Shown here: positions 21,760-34,021 of the stretch, in pieces
Layout of the letters: each line of letters starts with the position of its first letter
Position numbering within the stretch: position 1 is the stretch's first letter
Assembly: GCA_021432635.1 (NCBI GenBank)
Contig: MU270019.1
Coordinates: 1,113,672 to 1,177,671, forward strand
Origin: Thozetella sp. PMI_491
Lineage: Eukaryota
Reading direction: 5' to 3'
DNA: 64,000 bases
The notes under the pieces: model-generated
Seen by the model: the letters and a program-made list of their open reading frames with translations, nothing else
Database searches by the model: none
What the model was told of the DNA's origin: nothing
Program-made: the position numbers and the translations under genes

Positions 21760-23525
21760 TCAGGGGCTTGCCCATCCACCGGCCACGTCCACCCACTCGG
21801 CGAGGCAGCTGCCGTCCTTGCCTTCTACGTCGACAATGTCGGTATCGCAGCGGCAGCGGCAACCCACGCCGTTCTCCTTGGGCGTATCCCATTCTTCCCA
21901 GTACTTGTCCTCCTCGAGCCTCTTCCGCTCGTCCACCGTGGTCATCTCCAGATAGGGCTCGCGAGGAAGCTGGCGCGCCGGGGCGTTCGCCGGGCAGTGC
22001 TGGATGGTGGTGTGTCGGTAGCCGAAGTCGCGGAAGTAGTGAATATCGCGGGGGGCTAGGAGAGCACCGGCCGCGAGGGAATGGATGGGTGCATCACCCC
22101 ACTATAAACGGTTGGTTAGCGGCAAGCTCGACAGCGGCCGTCACAAGAGCAGATGCTACATACCCGTTCCATCCAGAAGCCGCCGCTACGGTCCATCATC
22201 TGGAAGAAATCCTCGTACTCCTTGCTGCGGAAAAAGCTGAGCCGAGCGATCTCGAAGTTGGACCAGAAGTGGCACATGTTGTACTTCTCGCCTTCCATAG
22301 CCTCAGGGTCGATGTCCGGGAGGTGGTTGCGCTTGGGGTCGCTCCGCAGGATCTCCTCTGGGATCTTGGAGGTGTCCTCCGGCTCGGGCTCCTTATCGGG
22401 CTGTGGCTCCACGAACATCTCCCAGAGGCCCTGAGACTTGATGTTATTGAGACGTTTGTAGGCCGAAGCATAGCGGAAGATGTTGGGGACGGTTTCGCGA
22501 AGCTCCTTGACGGCAATGGTGAATCCATAAGTCTTGTTGTACTCGACCATCTTTTGGAAGGGATCACTAGATAACGGTCAACAACAGCGCGCAGGCTTGG
22601 GAGGAGAACAGAGAACATACTAGGTGATATCGCAGAAGTACTTGATCTCGGGCTCCAAGCGCCAGTACCACTCGTATTTGGCAAGAAGGGGGTGCTTGTA
22701 GAAGAATCTGTTGTCGGGTTAGCGTCTGGTTCCGCGCGGGCAAGCCAAGGAGGTACTGACCCAGAGTAGAAGCGGCACATGGCGTGGTAGCTTTCCAGCC
22801 CACCATACATGACAGCGGCATCTCCCTGCTTGGCGATACCCTCCTTCCACACCTTGGGGTCGGCCCAGTCGGGAGCTCCCCACATCTCAGGGCCAACCTT
22901 TCCAAACTCGACAGGGGCGGACGTGTAGTTTTTGACGACCTCTTTAAACGTCTCGTTGAAGTCTCCGTCGTTCAGGAAGACGTAGGGGTAGTGATACCAG
23001 CGGTTGAAGTGCCGCTCAATCGACTTGATCGACTGGATCACTCCATCTAGCTCCTTGTTGCGAGCGAGCACGACGAAAGCACCGTTAACGCGGGGTTTCG
23101 ACGTGTCCGGTTCGAGACAGCCGGTGACGAAGACCTTGTCGTGCTCTTCGCTGATTTTTCTGGTGGAAGTAGCTTGGTCAGCATATTCAAGGCCCGCGTC
23201 CCGATCGCAAACGGCCAGCAGCCAGTACATACCTGATAGCAGGGGGGGCCCCAGCAGGCATCAATATCCTGCCCGGAGAGCTAGGATGCCGGACGAACAG
23301 GATGAGGATGAGGACGACCACGATGCAGGGGAAGAGGATCACCACGCCGAGCGGCACCGAGACGCTCGAGTTGCCCTTTAACCTCATGGGTTTTCTGAAG
23401 AAGGCAAGCCGAGACCCGAAGGTCTTGGTCTGCCGTGGTTTGAATGCCGTCTTCTCATCCGATAGGGGGAGCTGGGGCGGCCTCCCCGAGGGTATGAACC
23501 GCCCTGCCCGGCGGAAGAGATCCAT
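21760..23525 (-). CDS. GT15 (KRE2/KTR family) alpha-1,2-mannosyltransferase, type II membrane protein
   Basis: N-terminal TM (LGVVILFPCIVVVLILILFV), AFVVLARN, YPYVFLND, SYHAMCRFYSG, YNMCHFWSNFEIA and GGFWMER. Several GT-AG introns; the first is 23232-23160. Confidence 0.93.
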
Positions 23526-26500
23526 CCTCCTGGAGCACGCGCGCGCGGTTGTGAGACAAGATTATTATCGATAGGGGGGATTGCGAACAGCTAGAAGTCG
23601 ATGTATATCATTGGGCCCGAATTGTCGAATCGAAGTCGCCGTGGACGCAGGATCGAGGCGGTCTGATGTCGGGATGACTTGTGGTTGCTTGGCTGTCCGG
23701 CGGCTGTTTGAGCAAGAAAACCTGGTCGCACAGGGAAGCAATTAAAAGGGCTGGTCGCAGGGCGATAGCGCTAACAGGGCCTCGAAGCGAAAGGCGAAAA
23801 GAGACACTGGCGACAAGAAAGACTGCCTGTGTCTATGCAGAGCGTCGGCAATGGCCAGAGCCTCGAATCCAAGCTGGTGATAGCGAGCGGCAGGGAACGA
23901 GAAGCTTCCCTTAGGGTGAGGTGGTGGTGGACGAGAGGGGGAGACGGCGCTGCTGGGCGGAGAGGATACGCGTCAGGAGGCTGCTCCTAATCGAGCTGTT
24001 TCGCTGGGGCGAAAACCCGTCGCTTGCACTCGTGTTTGGGGGGCCGCGGGGGTTCGGTCGTTGCGGGCGTGGTCCAAGCAGGAGTCCGGCCAGCCGACGG
24101 GAACAGTGAGCTGGTCACGATAGTGCGCTCGTCAATTGCGGCGGCTTTGTCTAGATCTGACAAAGTTTTGGGAATCTAAAAGTCGGACCAAGGCCAAGGA
24201 AATGCACGGCATGGGCTAATCGGCCTGGCTTTCTCGTTGGGGGAAAGACCAGCCAGAAAATTGTTAAGCAGCGAGATTACGTTGCAACCGCCCAGGTCTT
24301 TCCTCTGCCCCTGTGGCGGATGGGCCTTCGGTACTTGCAGAGGTACTCAGTACTTCCGTCCCATCGCTGATCTGTCCTGATTGCCCTGCTTCGGCGCTCG
24401 AATTGGTGGGTGTTAGGGGCGCTGGTGGGGATCCTCAGCCCTGGCCGCGTCTGATGGGTTTGCACCCCTCCATGTACCTAGGTACGTACTCTTACAACAG
24501 CTGCTTGCAGCCAATCACAAGCACGCGCTCGAGGAGCAGCAGCCACAGTAGCTTTTGCCCGACCCCCTTTGGCCAAAAATACCCATATCACCTAGAGTTT
24601 ATTGGCCTCTGGCCGGCGGCGCCCCGCTTGGCCCTTCCCCCTTGACAGGCCTCTCCGACTGCCAGGTCTCGATCGCGACCGATTTCTTTGCCCCTTTTCC
24701 AGGATTTGCCCTTCAGGCGAGTCGCGTGAGCCCCGGCGCCGTCGTGGCTTTCTTTCGTCTGCACCTCGCCAGCCTCCACAAACGTCTCCCGGTGCTCTGC
24801 TGCTCTGCTCTACGGGGTCCTGCCATGCGCATGCTGCAATAATACTAACAGCAATACACCGGACGACAGACGCTAGGTTGGAAGGCACAGAATCACATGA
24901 TTGTGCCATCCAGAATCGTCATGCAGGGCCACACTCCTGGTCTCTGGTCCTGAACCATCCAAGACAAATTTTAGTCAGTGGCGACTGCGTCTGCCCCTAG
25001 CCCTCGGCTAGTATCCTAAACCCGAATGTCTCAATTGCTGGCCCTGAATTCCTTGGGCCAGTGGCAAGTCGAGCACCTCACGTCAGCCATCAACGTACAT
25101 AGCACGAAGGCATACCGTCTATTTTCGGAAATGCCTACGACTCCCGAGAGCCAGTTAAAATGCTGGTGAAGGCCAACGCTCACGTCTGCCCTGAATACCC
25201 TCTAGCCACGTATGCGACCTCATCTGGATTTCGATACTATTAATCTGCCCGCCGAGCCTATCTCCCCAGGCAAATAAAGGGGTCGAGGCCGTGTGCTCAG
25301 CTTGCGCTTGGAGCATCAACAGCGCAGAGATATTGATGTGCACAAGCTATGCAAGAAGTGGGATCTACCGGGTCACAGTCCTCACCATGTTCTGTCCCGA
25401 TTTGTCCCTCTTGGCTTCCCTCACTGGTTCCCCTGAATAGTACAGCTGGATCTGCGTATATGCTCTGCCCTGGCTGGGCTACTCTAACGCTCATCGTGAA
25501 ATCTGTGGATACTGCGCATCCCTGTACCTAGGATTCCGGTAGCCGGTGGTCTAGCCTAGATTTTGGACCTATCTACTGGTCTGACGCTCTGGTGGTCGAC
25601 TCCATAGTAGTATATATATACCTCGCGGTCGGTCAGCTTCAAACCTGGCATCAGAGTTTCATGAGGGGGCTGCAAAACTGAGGAGGGAGGGCAAAGATGC
25701 GCTAAAAGGACACGCAATGCCTGTGACATTGACAGTCGGGAAGGCCCTAGCCTCATGAGACGACTCCCGGCCGCAGGCCTGGACATCTGTTCAGGCCCGC
25801 ACGGGCGGGTGCGCAGCTCGTGCGGAGCCTCACCGGCCAAGGAGCTTGGTCATTGCGTCACTCTACTCTGGGCAGCTTGGCGACGCAACCCCGGCGGAGC
25901 CACTGCCACGCTTTCCGGAGTCGTAGCTGCTGGGTCGACCCACTTGGTAGACAGACAGGCCTTGCGGGCCTGGCGGGCCTCTCACCGACGCTCCACCAGC
26001 TCCAGCGCCCAGTGGAGAGGGCTGTCCAAGCTGAGCCACTCTGCTACGGTTATCAAAGGAACAGAGGGAGCTGAGAGATGGCAGGTTTCACGTGCTACCC
26101 AGGCATCTGTTTTGATGTACTTGTTCTCCGTGCCACGAGCCTTAAGAGACGGGATGGGCATGACCGAAATTGACCAGGCTAGATGATGGCAGCGGTTTGA
26201 ACACGACTACTGGCGTAGATGCTGGTGTCTCGCGCCTTGAGAAGGCTGGCAGTGTACCCTGAACCGCGCCGCTAATGTGTATACCCGTCACCATGCTCCT
26301 TCAAACAGGCCTACGCAGAAGTGCTCTGGTATGATTGGTTCAGAAAATGCTCACAATTTTTTGTGCTCTGGCTTATTGCTACCAAGGCAGGCTGGAGAAT
26401 TTCATCTGGTCGAGAGGTGCTGTGCTGTGGAGTTATGATATCTTCATCCTACACGATCGCTGCCTTGAATCGCTAGGAGCGTGAAGCACCGCCCAACGCA

Positions 26501-26804
26501 AAGAACAATTATTTTTATAACATGCAGCCTCAATTGTTAGTCAATATCTATCTATCAGCTTCCTCCGCCGCATCACGAGAAATCATCTCTGGCTCACAGG
26601 TCTAAGTTTGCCCTGGAGCTCGAAAGCGGTTTGTCATGGCATACCCAGTCGTGACTCTCATACCACTGGATTCGCAGATATAAAAGCAGCTGATATACTT
26701 CCACGTCAAGAGTTGGGTAGTAGTGAGATCTTCTTTCCATCTCGAATCAATCACAAATTCATTGCTCTATATCGCTAGGTTTTATCCCTGCATTCTTGTC
26801 CGCA

Positions 26805-29187
26805 ATGACTTATCCGTTCCCGCCTCGCCCACGTATTCTCAACGCGGCAGAGTTGCTCCCGACAGTCTATACAATTATCAACCAATACCGTCAACTTCAC
26901 AACAAAATTCTGCAGGTAATAGTTCCGGAACACGCAACATTCAGCAACGTTGTTCGCCCTCTTGCCGACCTGCAGAACCAATCACAAAGCAACTTAGATA
27001 TCATCCATCTTCTGAGATTCGTCTCCACAGATCTTGTAACTCAGCAAGCATCAAAACAAGCGATTGAGGCTTATAAAACGGCCGTCAATACTTGGACACG
27101 GGACCCCAAACTCTTCCAGCTCCTCAAAGCCATCAGATGCCGCAATGAAAACCTAGATCGCGAATCGGCTCTCTGGCTTGAGCAAGAATTTCTTCAGTAT
27201 ACCCTTCTCGGTCATGAACGACTAACATATGCCGAGATCGACCGTTTTGCGGATGAGGAGCTGCACCTCAGTTCTAGTATAGAAAAGTTTCCCGGTTTCG
27301 GAGAGGGAGGAGTTTGGCTCTCGGAGGACGAGCTACAAGGCGTTCATACCCAAATTGTCGACACATGGAGGCGAGATACCCGCCAAGAAAACGAAGGGAA
27401 AATATACGTGCCGCTGACCCCGGCAAACATGTGGGCGATACTTCCGGAGGCGACACATCCTGAGACGCGGAGAAAGGTGCACGTTGCGGCCGAGGTGCTT
27501 TCTCCTGAGAATGCCGGTCGGTTCAAGATGATTGTCATTCACCGTGATGGGCGCGCCCGCGATCTTGGCTTCAAGAACCACGCCGAATATTGCAGTGCGA
27601 GAACCTTATCCTTGCACCCCGACGATGCCGAAAAATTCCTTGCTAATATGAGGGGGGCGCATATGGCTGGGACAAGCAGCCTTCTGGCCATGCTCCAATC
27701 TCTCCGGATCCGAGATCTGAAGGATAGAGGGTTATATACCCAAGGCGACGAGATGGACTTCCCGGCCTGGGACTACGACTACTACCTGGAAAGGCTGTGT
27801 CGAAAGCGCGGCGTGGATGAGCTCGCAATATCGCGGTACTTCACCATGGACCACACCATTGGGGCCATACTACACATCATTTCACAATGCTTCCGGCTCC
27901 GTTTCCAGCAGGTACCGCCTCAGGAGCTCAATGAACGGGATATATGGCACAAGGATGTCCAAGTTTGGGGTGTGTGGGAAGCCGGTCCAGACAACCTTTT
28001 CGTTGGCTACCTTTACCTTGATTTATACCAGCGGGATAAGAAGGAACGCGGGCCCGAAGTTGTGAGCCTACAAGAAGTAAAGACTCCGATGTCGTTGGGT
28101 GCTTGACTTTGGCCAAAGATTGACAGTTCTGCAGAGCTGGATCCGACGGGATAGGACGCGGCAATACCCGTGCACCATCTTGATCAGTCACTTTGTCAAG
28201 GAGACTTCTGGTGGTCTATCAGTCCTTTCGCATAAGGGACTAATCCACTTATTTCATGGTATGCTGGTTTCTTGTTCTCGGTCTCGTTATACTTGATGCT
28301 CCCATCGCAGCAACTAACAGCCACGGCCGATCAGGAATGGGACACTCTCTTCAAAATTTACTATCTAAGACCAAGTATGCTAGATATCACGGTAGGACCC
28401 ACTCTGACCAGTTTTGTGAGACTCCAAGTGTACTACTCGAGGAACTGGCATGGGATAAGGATGTTCTACGAGAGATGAGCTGCCATTTTACTAGTCTATA
28501 TCCTAGTTTCTTGGTGCAATGGCGGTAAATGTATCCGGGAACGCGCGATCCTCCACAGAAGATCCTAGAGGAGCTACTAGATGCTCTCATCGAGACGAAG
28601 GCCTTTTACAGTACTTCCAAGCAGAGCTTCCATTTGTCCGTGAACCAAGCGCTCGTGGTAGAACGGTATTGCTTACTAGCCTACAGAGAAATGGCAAGCC
28701 TCGATATGAGGATCCACAAACCGCGGACCCGTCGAGAGCTTGTCGAGATGGATATCCGAGCTATGTCCAGCCAAATTCGAGTTGAAACCCGTGGGCTGGG
28801 ATACCCTCGATGTGAAGACATAGGCGGGTATCCTACTCGCTACATGCACATGCTTCTTGGCCGATACGATGCATCTACGTACTCATACATCAGGTACGTT
28901 GTACCAGACATGCTGACCTAGTTCCTTGTGTAGTTATTTTCCTCGTTCGCTAACAATAGGAGGGTATTAGCGGAGCAGTCTTTGCACATGACATCTACCA
29001 AACGGTCTTTGCCAAGGATACGAAAAACCCGGACGCGTGGGGCCGGTTTCGCCGTGAGATTCTCGAATATGGAGGCAGCTATGGGGATGAAGCCGAGAGG
29101 TTTGAGAAATTTTTGGGCCGACCCTTCGATGTGTATGCTCTTAGCAAGAGGCTACAGTTGGAATTGGAGAGAATCGGCGAAGTCTGA
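26805..29187 (+). pseudogene. Thimet oligopeptidase-like M3 metallopeptidase, disabled (HEXXH changed to HGMGH; in-frame TAA at 28526-28528)
   Basis: ATFSNVVRPLA, RARDLGFKNHA, FVGYLYLDLYQR, FCETPSVLLE, YDASTYSY and ILEYGGS. Introns 28077-28134, 28259-28334, 28636-28686 and 28894-28970. The frame continues past the TAA (VQWR*MYPGTRDPPQKILEELLDAL). Confidence 0.8.
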
Positions 29188-29692
29188 CCATCCAGTCACG
29201 TTTACGCAGCTTTCTTTGGAGAACGTCTTACTAGGAAACTTTCCGGCTGGGTCTCCTAATCACGTGGAGTCAAGCAATTGGGCTCATTTAGCTTCATGTA
29301 TTGATAAATACTTTGATAATATCGACCTAGGATGACAGAACTTACATGCCCCATTCCCCTTCGGCACATGTATGCGGGGCAGCGGACAGGGTTGTTTACT
29401 TGGGTGCCCCCGCCGCCCCCCTTTTCGGCTGCCCCCCACTCCACCCCAAACAACCCCGCTCTAAACCCCCAAGCGCATACCTCGGCACCTTGACCTGCGC
29501 TAGAGGATGCCGAGGACGCTCTTCTTCTGGATGGGAGTATCTGCAGGCGACCCAAAGGTGCCTAGGCACGCCCTACGACCTAGGTCCCGGGCACAACTCT
29601 GCGCCGAGCAAACCTGTCCCTTCCTCCTAGAGGCAGGCTACCCCATACAACGCCCCTTGACATCCCTTTGACGGCCCTTCGGGCAGGGTGCA

Positions 29693-30586
29693 TCAAGCCT
29701 TGGCGGACTTCTCATCCCACTCTCCTGTTTCCTCGATCCGCTTGACCGCCTTCTTCATGTCCTTCATGTAGAAGCGGCTGGGCGCCTGCTTCAGCTTCCT
29801 GGGCATGTGAGGATACACTGCCGCCACATAGGCGACGATAAAGTGGTACATGCTCGTGCTCAGTGGCGTGATCTTCTTGCTGAGGCCGTACTCCCGCTGT
29901 AGCCTCTCGGGCAGCCAGTGGACGGTAAGCAGTCGCGCGATCGGGGCGTTGGGTCGCAGCCAGAGCGGCAGGTTCTTGGGGTGCAGCAGGTCGCGGGCCA
30001 GGTTGCGTGCCCAGTCAGTGATGACGAGCGTCTCGATGTTGTGGTTCCAGTAGGCCCAGAAGTCGTCAAGCGTCGCCGGCCACATCTCAGGTGGCATGCG
30101 CAGCGACGTGCCGTACACAGCCGCTTCCTTGTATAAGACATCCTGCCGCTCGCGGCTGACCTTGCCGAAGAAGGTCTCATGGACGGTTATCAGGCTGACG
30201 AAGAGCGTTGCGGCGGTCCACTTGTGCAGCTCTGGGTCGTCGGCGTAGTATCCCTCGCCCTTGACGTCGGCGTGGGCCCGATGGATGACGCTGAATATGG
30301 CCTCTTTCTCCTGCTGGGTGCCATAGACGGCCGCGTTCATGAAACGGGCCGTGGTCTGGAGCCGGTTGAGGATGCGGTAGGCAAAGTTGGAATGCTTGAA
30401 GGATCCCTCAGCAAGGCCGGGGTGAGCGAACTGGCACAATATGGCAAACTGGCCGCCGAGGAGGTATATAGCATCATTGGCAACGCTCCGGAGCTCGGTA
30501 GGCTCGGAAATGGTCTCAAAGATATGGGGTTTCTCGAACGGAGCCGGGCGTCTGGTGCTACTCCCGTATCCCATAGGACAGGCCAT
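29693..30586 (-). CDS. DUF2236 / MpaB-rubber-oxygenase-like heme protein
   Basis: LLGGQFAILCQFAHPGLA, RLQTTARF, IHRAHADVKG, Y-x-ADDPELHKWTAATL and MWPATLDDFWAYW. Intronless; likely start MACPMG at 30586. Confidence 0.85.
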   Translation of the reverse strand: MACPMGYGSSTRRPAPFEKPHIFETISEPTELRSVANDAIYLLGGQFAILCQFAHPGLAEGSFKHSNFAYRILNRLQTTARFMNAAVYGTQQEKEAIFSVIHRAHADVKGEGYYADDPELHKWTAATLFVSLITVHETFFGKVSRERQDVLYKEAAVYGTSLRMPPEMWPATLDDFWAYWNHNIETLVITDWARNLARDLLHPKNLPLWLRPNAPIARLLTVHWLPERLQREYGLSKKITPLSTSMYHFIVAYVAAVYPHMPRKLKQAPSRFYMKDMKKAVKRIEETGEWDEKSAKA

Positions 30587-31025
30587 CTTGACAGGAATTC
30601 GTAGGTAGATGGAACAGCCACGGAAGAGTATAATTCGATAAAAGTTCTTATCGGTGATAGTCAACAAAGGCCAGGGCAATGGCTAAGATAGATACGAGGC
30701 AGTGGAATGTCACCTCGGAAACCTATATAGGGACTGGCTGCCGAGGAGACCTTACTGGTACCCCATTCTGCTCCCACATACTAGGAAAGCCGAGGCATCT
30801 TCCAAGAACCCCAAGAGGGATGTCTGGAGTGCATGCACGGTCGATCATGCATGGGGGTGGTGTGGCCTGGGGTAAGCTGCTGACGACGGGTCATTGGCTA
30901 CGCCACTTTCTTGGAAGACAAGGGATGGACCGGGGTGCGGGAAACCCAGGCATAGTCGAGGTTGTCAATATAGTGTAACTTTATCATGACGGTTCATTAC
31001 TTACACGCAAACTCACTTCTTAATC

Positions 31026-32664
31026 CTACATAGAAGGTAAATGACGGTATCCGGAGCGGCGAGTGTAAGTCTCTGCCTGTACCACGCCGTCCACGCCATC
31101 CCCATCTGCTCTGCACAAGACACTCAGCGCCTCTTGCCTGGGCCTTCTCCCAGCCTGGTCCCTGAGTTCTGCCAAGAACGCAGCCACCCTTCCGAGAATC
31201 AGTTGGTTTTTGCCTTCCCACTCCTTCAAGATGGCGCCCACGTCCTGGAAGCTAGCATTGCTAGGCAGAAACGAACCCGACTTGTGTTTGGCAACATAGA
31301 TTTGGGGTCGTTGACTAAAGAATAGCTGGGCCTCGGGGCGGAACCGGCCCTGTGATTGCTTGTTACAAGTCTTCACCTCAACGAGGCACCGTGAGGGAAT
31401 CTCCTCCCCTGAGTTGTAGACTACTAAGGTCGGAGAAAAGTAAGCAATCTCCGCTAGGGGGCCCTCTGCAGCTGGGACAGATAGATACCCATCGCTGTCT
31501 CCTGGGTCGTCCAGAGTAAGGAGTTCGAAGTTACATGAAGATCCGGGCGTAAATTCTGGAAACGGATTGCGAGGATGACGTGGTACACTGTCCTGCATAT
31601 CTGGTGTCTTTTCACGTGCAGGCTCGGCTAGGTTCCTCCCGTGACCGCACTCGCAATGATAGCCGTCTACCTCGGACTGAATCACGCATCGCAGGCCGCC
31701 AAAGGAATAGCTCACCACTCGGTGGTGGCTTGCGCTCTCGCGGAGCATCTCTGGGTCCGTTTCCGCGTACGAGCAGACGTGCTTTTCGAAGCCATGGCCG
31801 TAGCCGTACGGAGGGGCCGAGGGGAACGGACCGGGCCATCTCTTGAGCGATAATACATTTTCTACCATTTCAAAGTCGAATCTGTCTGTTCGCTGCTTGG
31901 CGTTGGTGAACAAATCGAAAAGATTTTGCAGACTACTAGCGTTGCTGATTATATCGACGTTGTTGAATACCTTGAATGCCGGCCTCGCAAGCTGGGTGGC
32001 TCTGAGAAGTGGCTCGAAGACATGGGTGTACTGCGGGAAGGGTATCGGTTCCGAATTTTCTTCATCTCGGATCAATGCGAGCTTGGACTTGAGCGGGCAA
32101 AGACGCGGTGGTTGTCCTGGGGCATGTGATGTTAACCCGAGTTGCTAAGGAGCCAGGCTCGCTCGCCCTATATCCATCTAGATGGGGCAGCCGACAGCCG
32201 AGCTAAGCATGCAAAGCGGAAAGTCATAATTTGACTGAGAATGCCTGCTCACCTGGTATCGCTATTTCTCCATGCCCGAGTCTATTGAAGCTCGCCAAGT
32301 CTTCAACGTTCTGGATAGAAACATTCTCGTACGCGTTCAGTTTGTTAGACTTGAGGAGCCCGACCATCTCAACAAGATCTTCATGCATGGGAATCTCCAT
32401 GAATTCGCAAAGATATCTGACTTCCTCTGGTGTATGATAAAGCTGACATTTCCCGGTTACTTGGCGAATGCAAGACATTCCAAAATTGCAGCGGCCTAGT
32501 TTGTCGTCCTGCTTCCCTTTCCTATATTGGGCCTGCAGTGGTTGGCCAGCGCCGGAGGCAGCGTCGCTGGAGTGGCAGTCACTTGCCGCGTCGTTGCGCA
32601 CAGTCTTGTTGCCTCTCTTTCCCCGCCGCTCGCGATTTCGTTGTCGAGACACGGCTTCCGACAT
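31026..32664 (-). CDS. CCCH zinc-finger + RAI1/DXO-like PD-(D/E)XK nuclease-fold protein
   Basis: Exon 1 (32664-32253) has a basic N-terminus and C-x5-C-x7-C-x3-H. Intron 32252-32117 (GTGAGC...CAG) joins in frame. Exon 2 has GYGHGFE, SEVDGY, VEVKT and AQLFFSQ. Confidence 0.7.
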
Positions 32665-33220
32665 GGCGGGCTATCCCTAAATGAGCGTACTGGGACAAAT
32701 TTGGCACGTTGCTGGTAGGTCATGGTCTTAGCTACTGAGGTGAGGTAGAACAAAGTAGGATGCAGATCTAGCTGTGGGTTTGCTTTATTTCCCTCACTCC
32801 CTTAAGCCGTTGGGTGCCTTATTTGGTGTTGGACACCCAGCCTGCTTGTGCGATGGAGAGCCAGCCATCAGCCACGGGCCAACCCAAAGCATAGCCTCAC
32901 AATTAGGCCGCCTGCATCACCAAACCAATCAATAGTAGAGAAACCAAGTGCGGCCGGGCCAACCGCAGCGTTGGCTTGTTGTCCAGACCACCCATCTAAT
33001 GGCGACAGATGGTAGGCCTCAGGTGCAACATCCAGCGATACTGGTGTTACCGCCCGGCTGTCTGTGCTATCATATCACCTGCAGCAGATAACCCCTCCCG
33101 GTCGCTGTCTTTGGATCAGGCAGGGATGATAAGCCTCCAAGAGCCAATAGCGCGTGGTTAGGCAGGCATAGGGTCTATGATTTCTTTGATACATCGGATT
33201 TCGCCATGTGCTTGTGTGGT

Positions 33221-34021
33221 TCAACATGAGCCCAACATTTCGTACACGCGAGGGACAAGCGTTTCCGCCCAAAGCCGGTATCCTTCCTCGCTCAAGTGGA
33301 CATGATCGACCAAATGTCTCGAGGGGTCTACTGCCTCAGCCGGGGCAAGATAGACAATTCGTACTCTGCTATGTTCCTGGTTGAACTCTGTGGTCAGTCT
33401 TTCGTACTCCGCATTGGCTTGGTCGACCAGGCTATCGGCTACATCCTTCCGGTAAAAGAGCCCCGTCAAGAGTATCTGGGTCTGGACAGGTGAAACCAGG
33501 AGCAGGGATGCCAGCAAGGCTCGCAAGGCGCTGTAATCGCGCTCCCGTAGGCCCTTTTTGGGATGCAGATTGTTTGTGCCTGCTTGCACCACCCAGAGCC
33601 TTACTGTGCGAGCCGAAAGAGCCTCAAGTAGGCTCGGCAGGGGTCGGGCGGAGGCGTCGTCGCCAGCCAGTCGATACGCGATGTTCTCGAACTTGTCGCC
33701 TCCGACACCCGCATTGAAGACATCGCTGCGCCGATGTAATGGGGTATCTGGGTAGACTGTTTGGGCTACCGTGTCTGGAAACATGCAAGTGGACGGCCAT
33801 GGGGCGAGGCTGGGCGACCTGGCCGTCGAGATCATCCGCTCAATCATCGAATCGCCCAGCAGTACAACCACTTCTTTGTGCTCGCTGACCGAAAGTAACG
33901 GGTGGTGTGAGCTACGAGACGTCTCATATGATCGTTCTTTGAGCCGCGCGAAGGGGCGAAGGAGCTCGGTAGCCTGCGCGAGGCTGGCCGGTTTGCTCGG
34001 GTTGGGGTCGGGATTATCCAT
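33221..34021 (-). CDS. SGNH/GDSL hydrolase (PAF-acetylhydrolase Ib-like esterase), intracellular
   Basis: Blocks LLGDSM, FNAGVGGD, AGTNN and DHVHLSEEGY. No signal peptide. Confidence 0.9.
   Translation of the reverse strand: MDNPDPNPSKPASLAQATELLRPFARLKERSYETSRSSHHPLLSVSEHKEVVVLLGDSMIERMISTARSPSLAPWPSTCMFPDTVAQTVYPDTPLHRRSDVFNAGVGGDKFENIAYRLAGDDASARPLPSLLEALSARTVRLWVVQAGTNNLHPKKGLRERDYSALRALLASLLLVSPVQTQILLTGLFYRKDVADSLVDQANAEYERLTTEFNQEHSRVRIVYLAPAEAVDPSRHLVDHVHLSEEGYRLWAETLVPRVYEMLGSC

Noticed and set aside
25550..26190. Possible small spliced gene on the minus strand (MPIPSLKARG...)
   Set aside because: I could not build a consistent exon chain or recognise any homology.
28526..28528. 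Premature stops (28526 TAA, 62953 TAA, 53526 TAG) as targets of sexual-stage A-to-I stop-codon repair
   Set aside because: Known restorative editing mainly converts UAG to UGG at Trp positions. TAA would need two edits, and the TAG sits at an apparent Gln position in a frameshifted relic.
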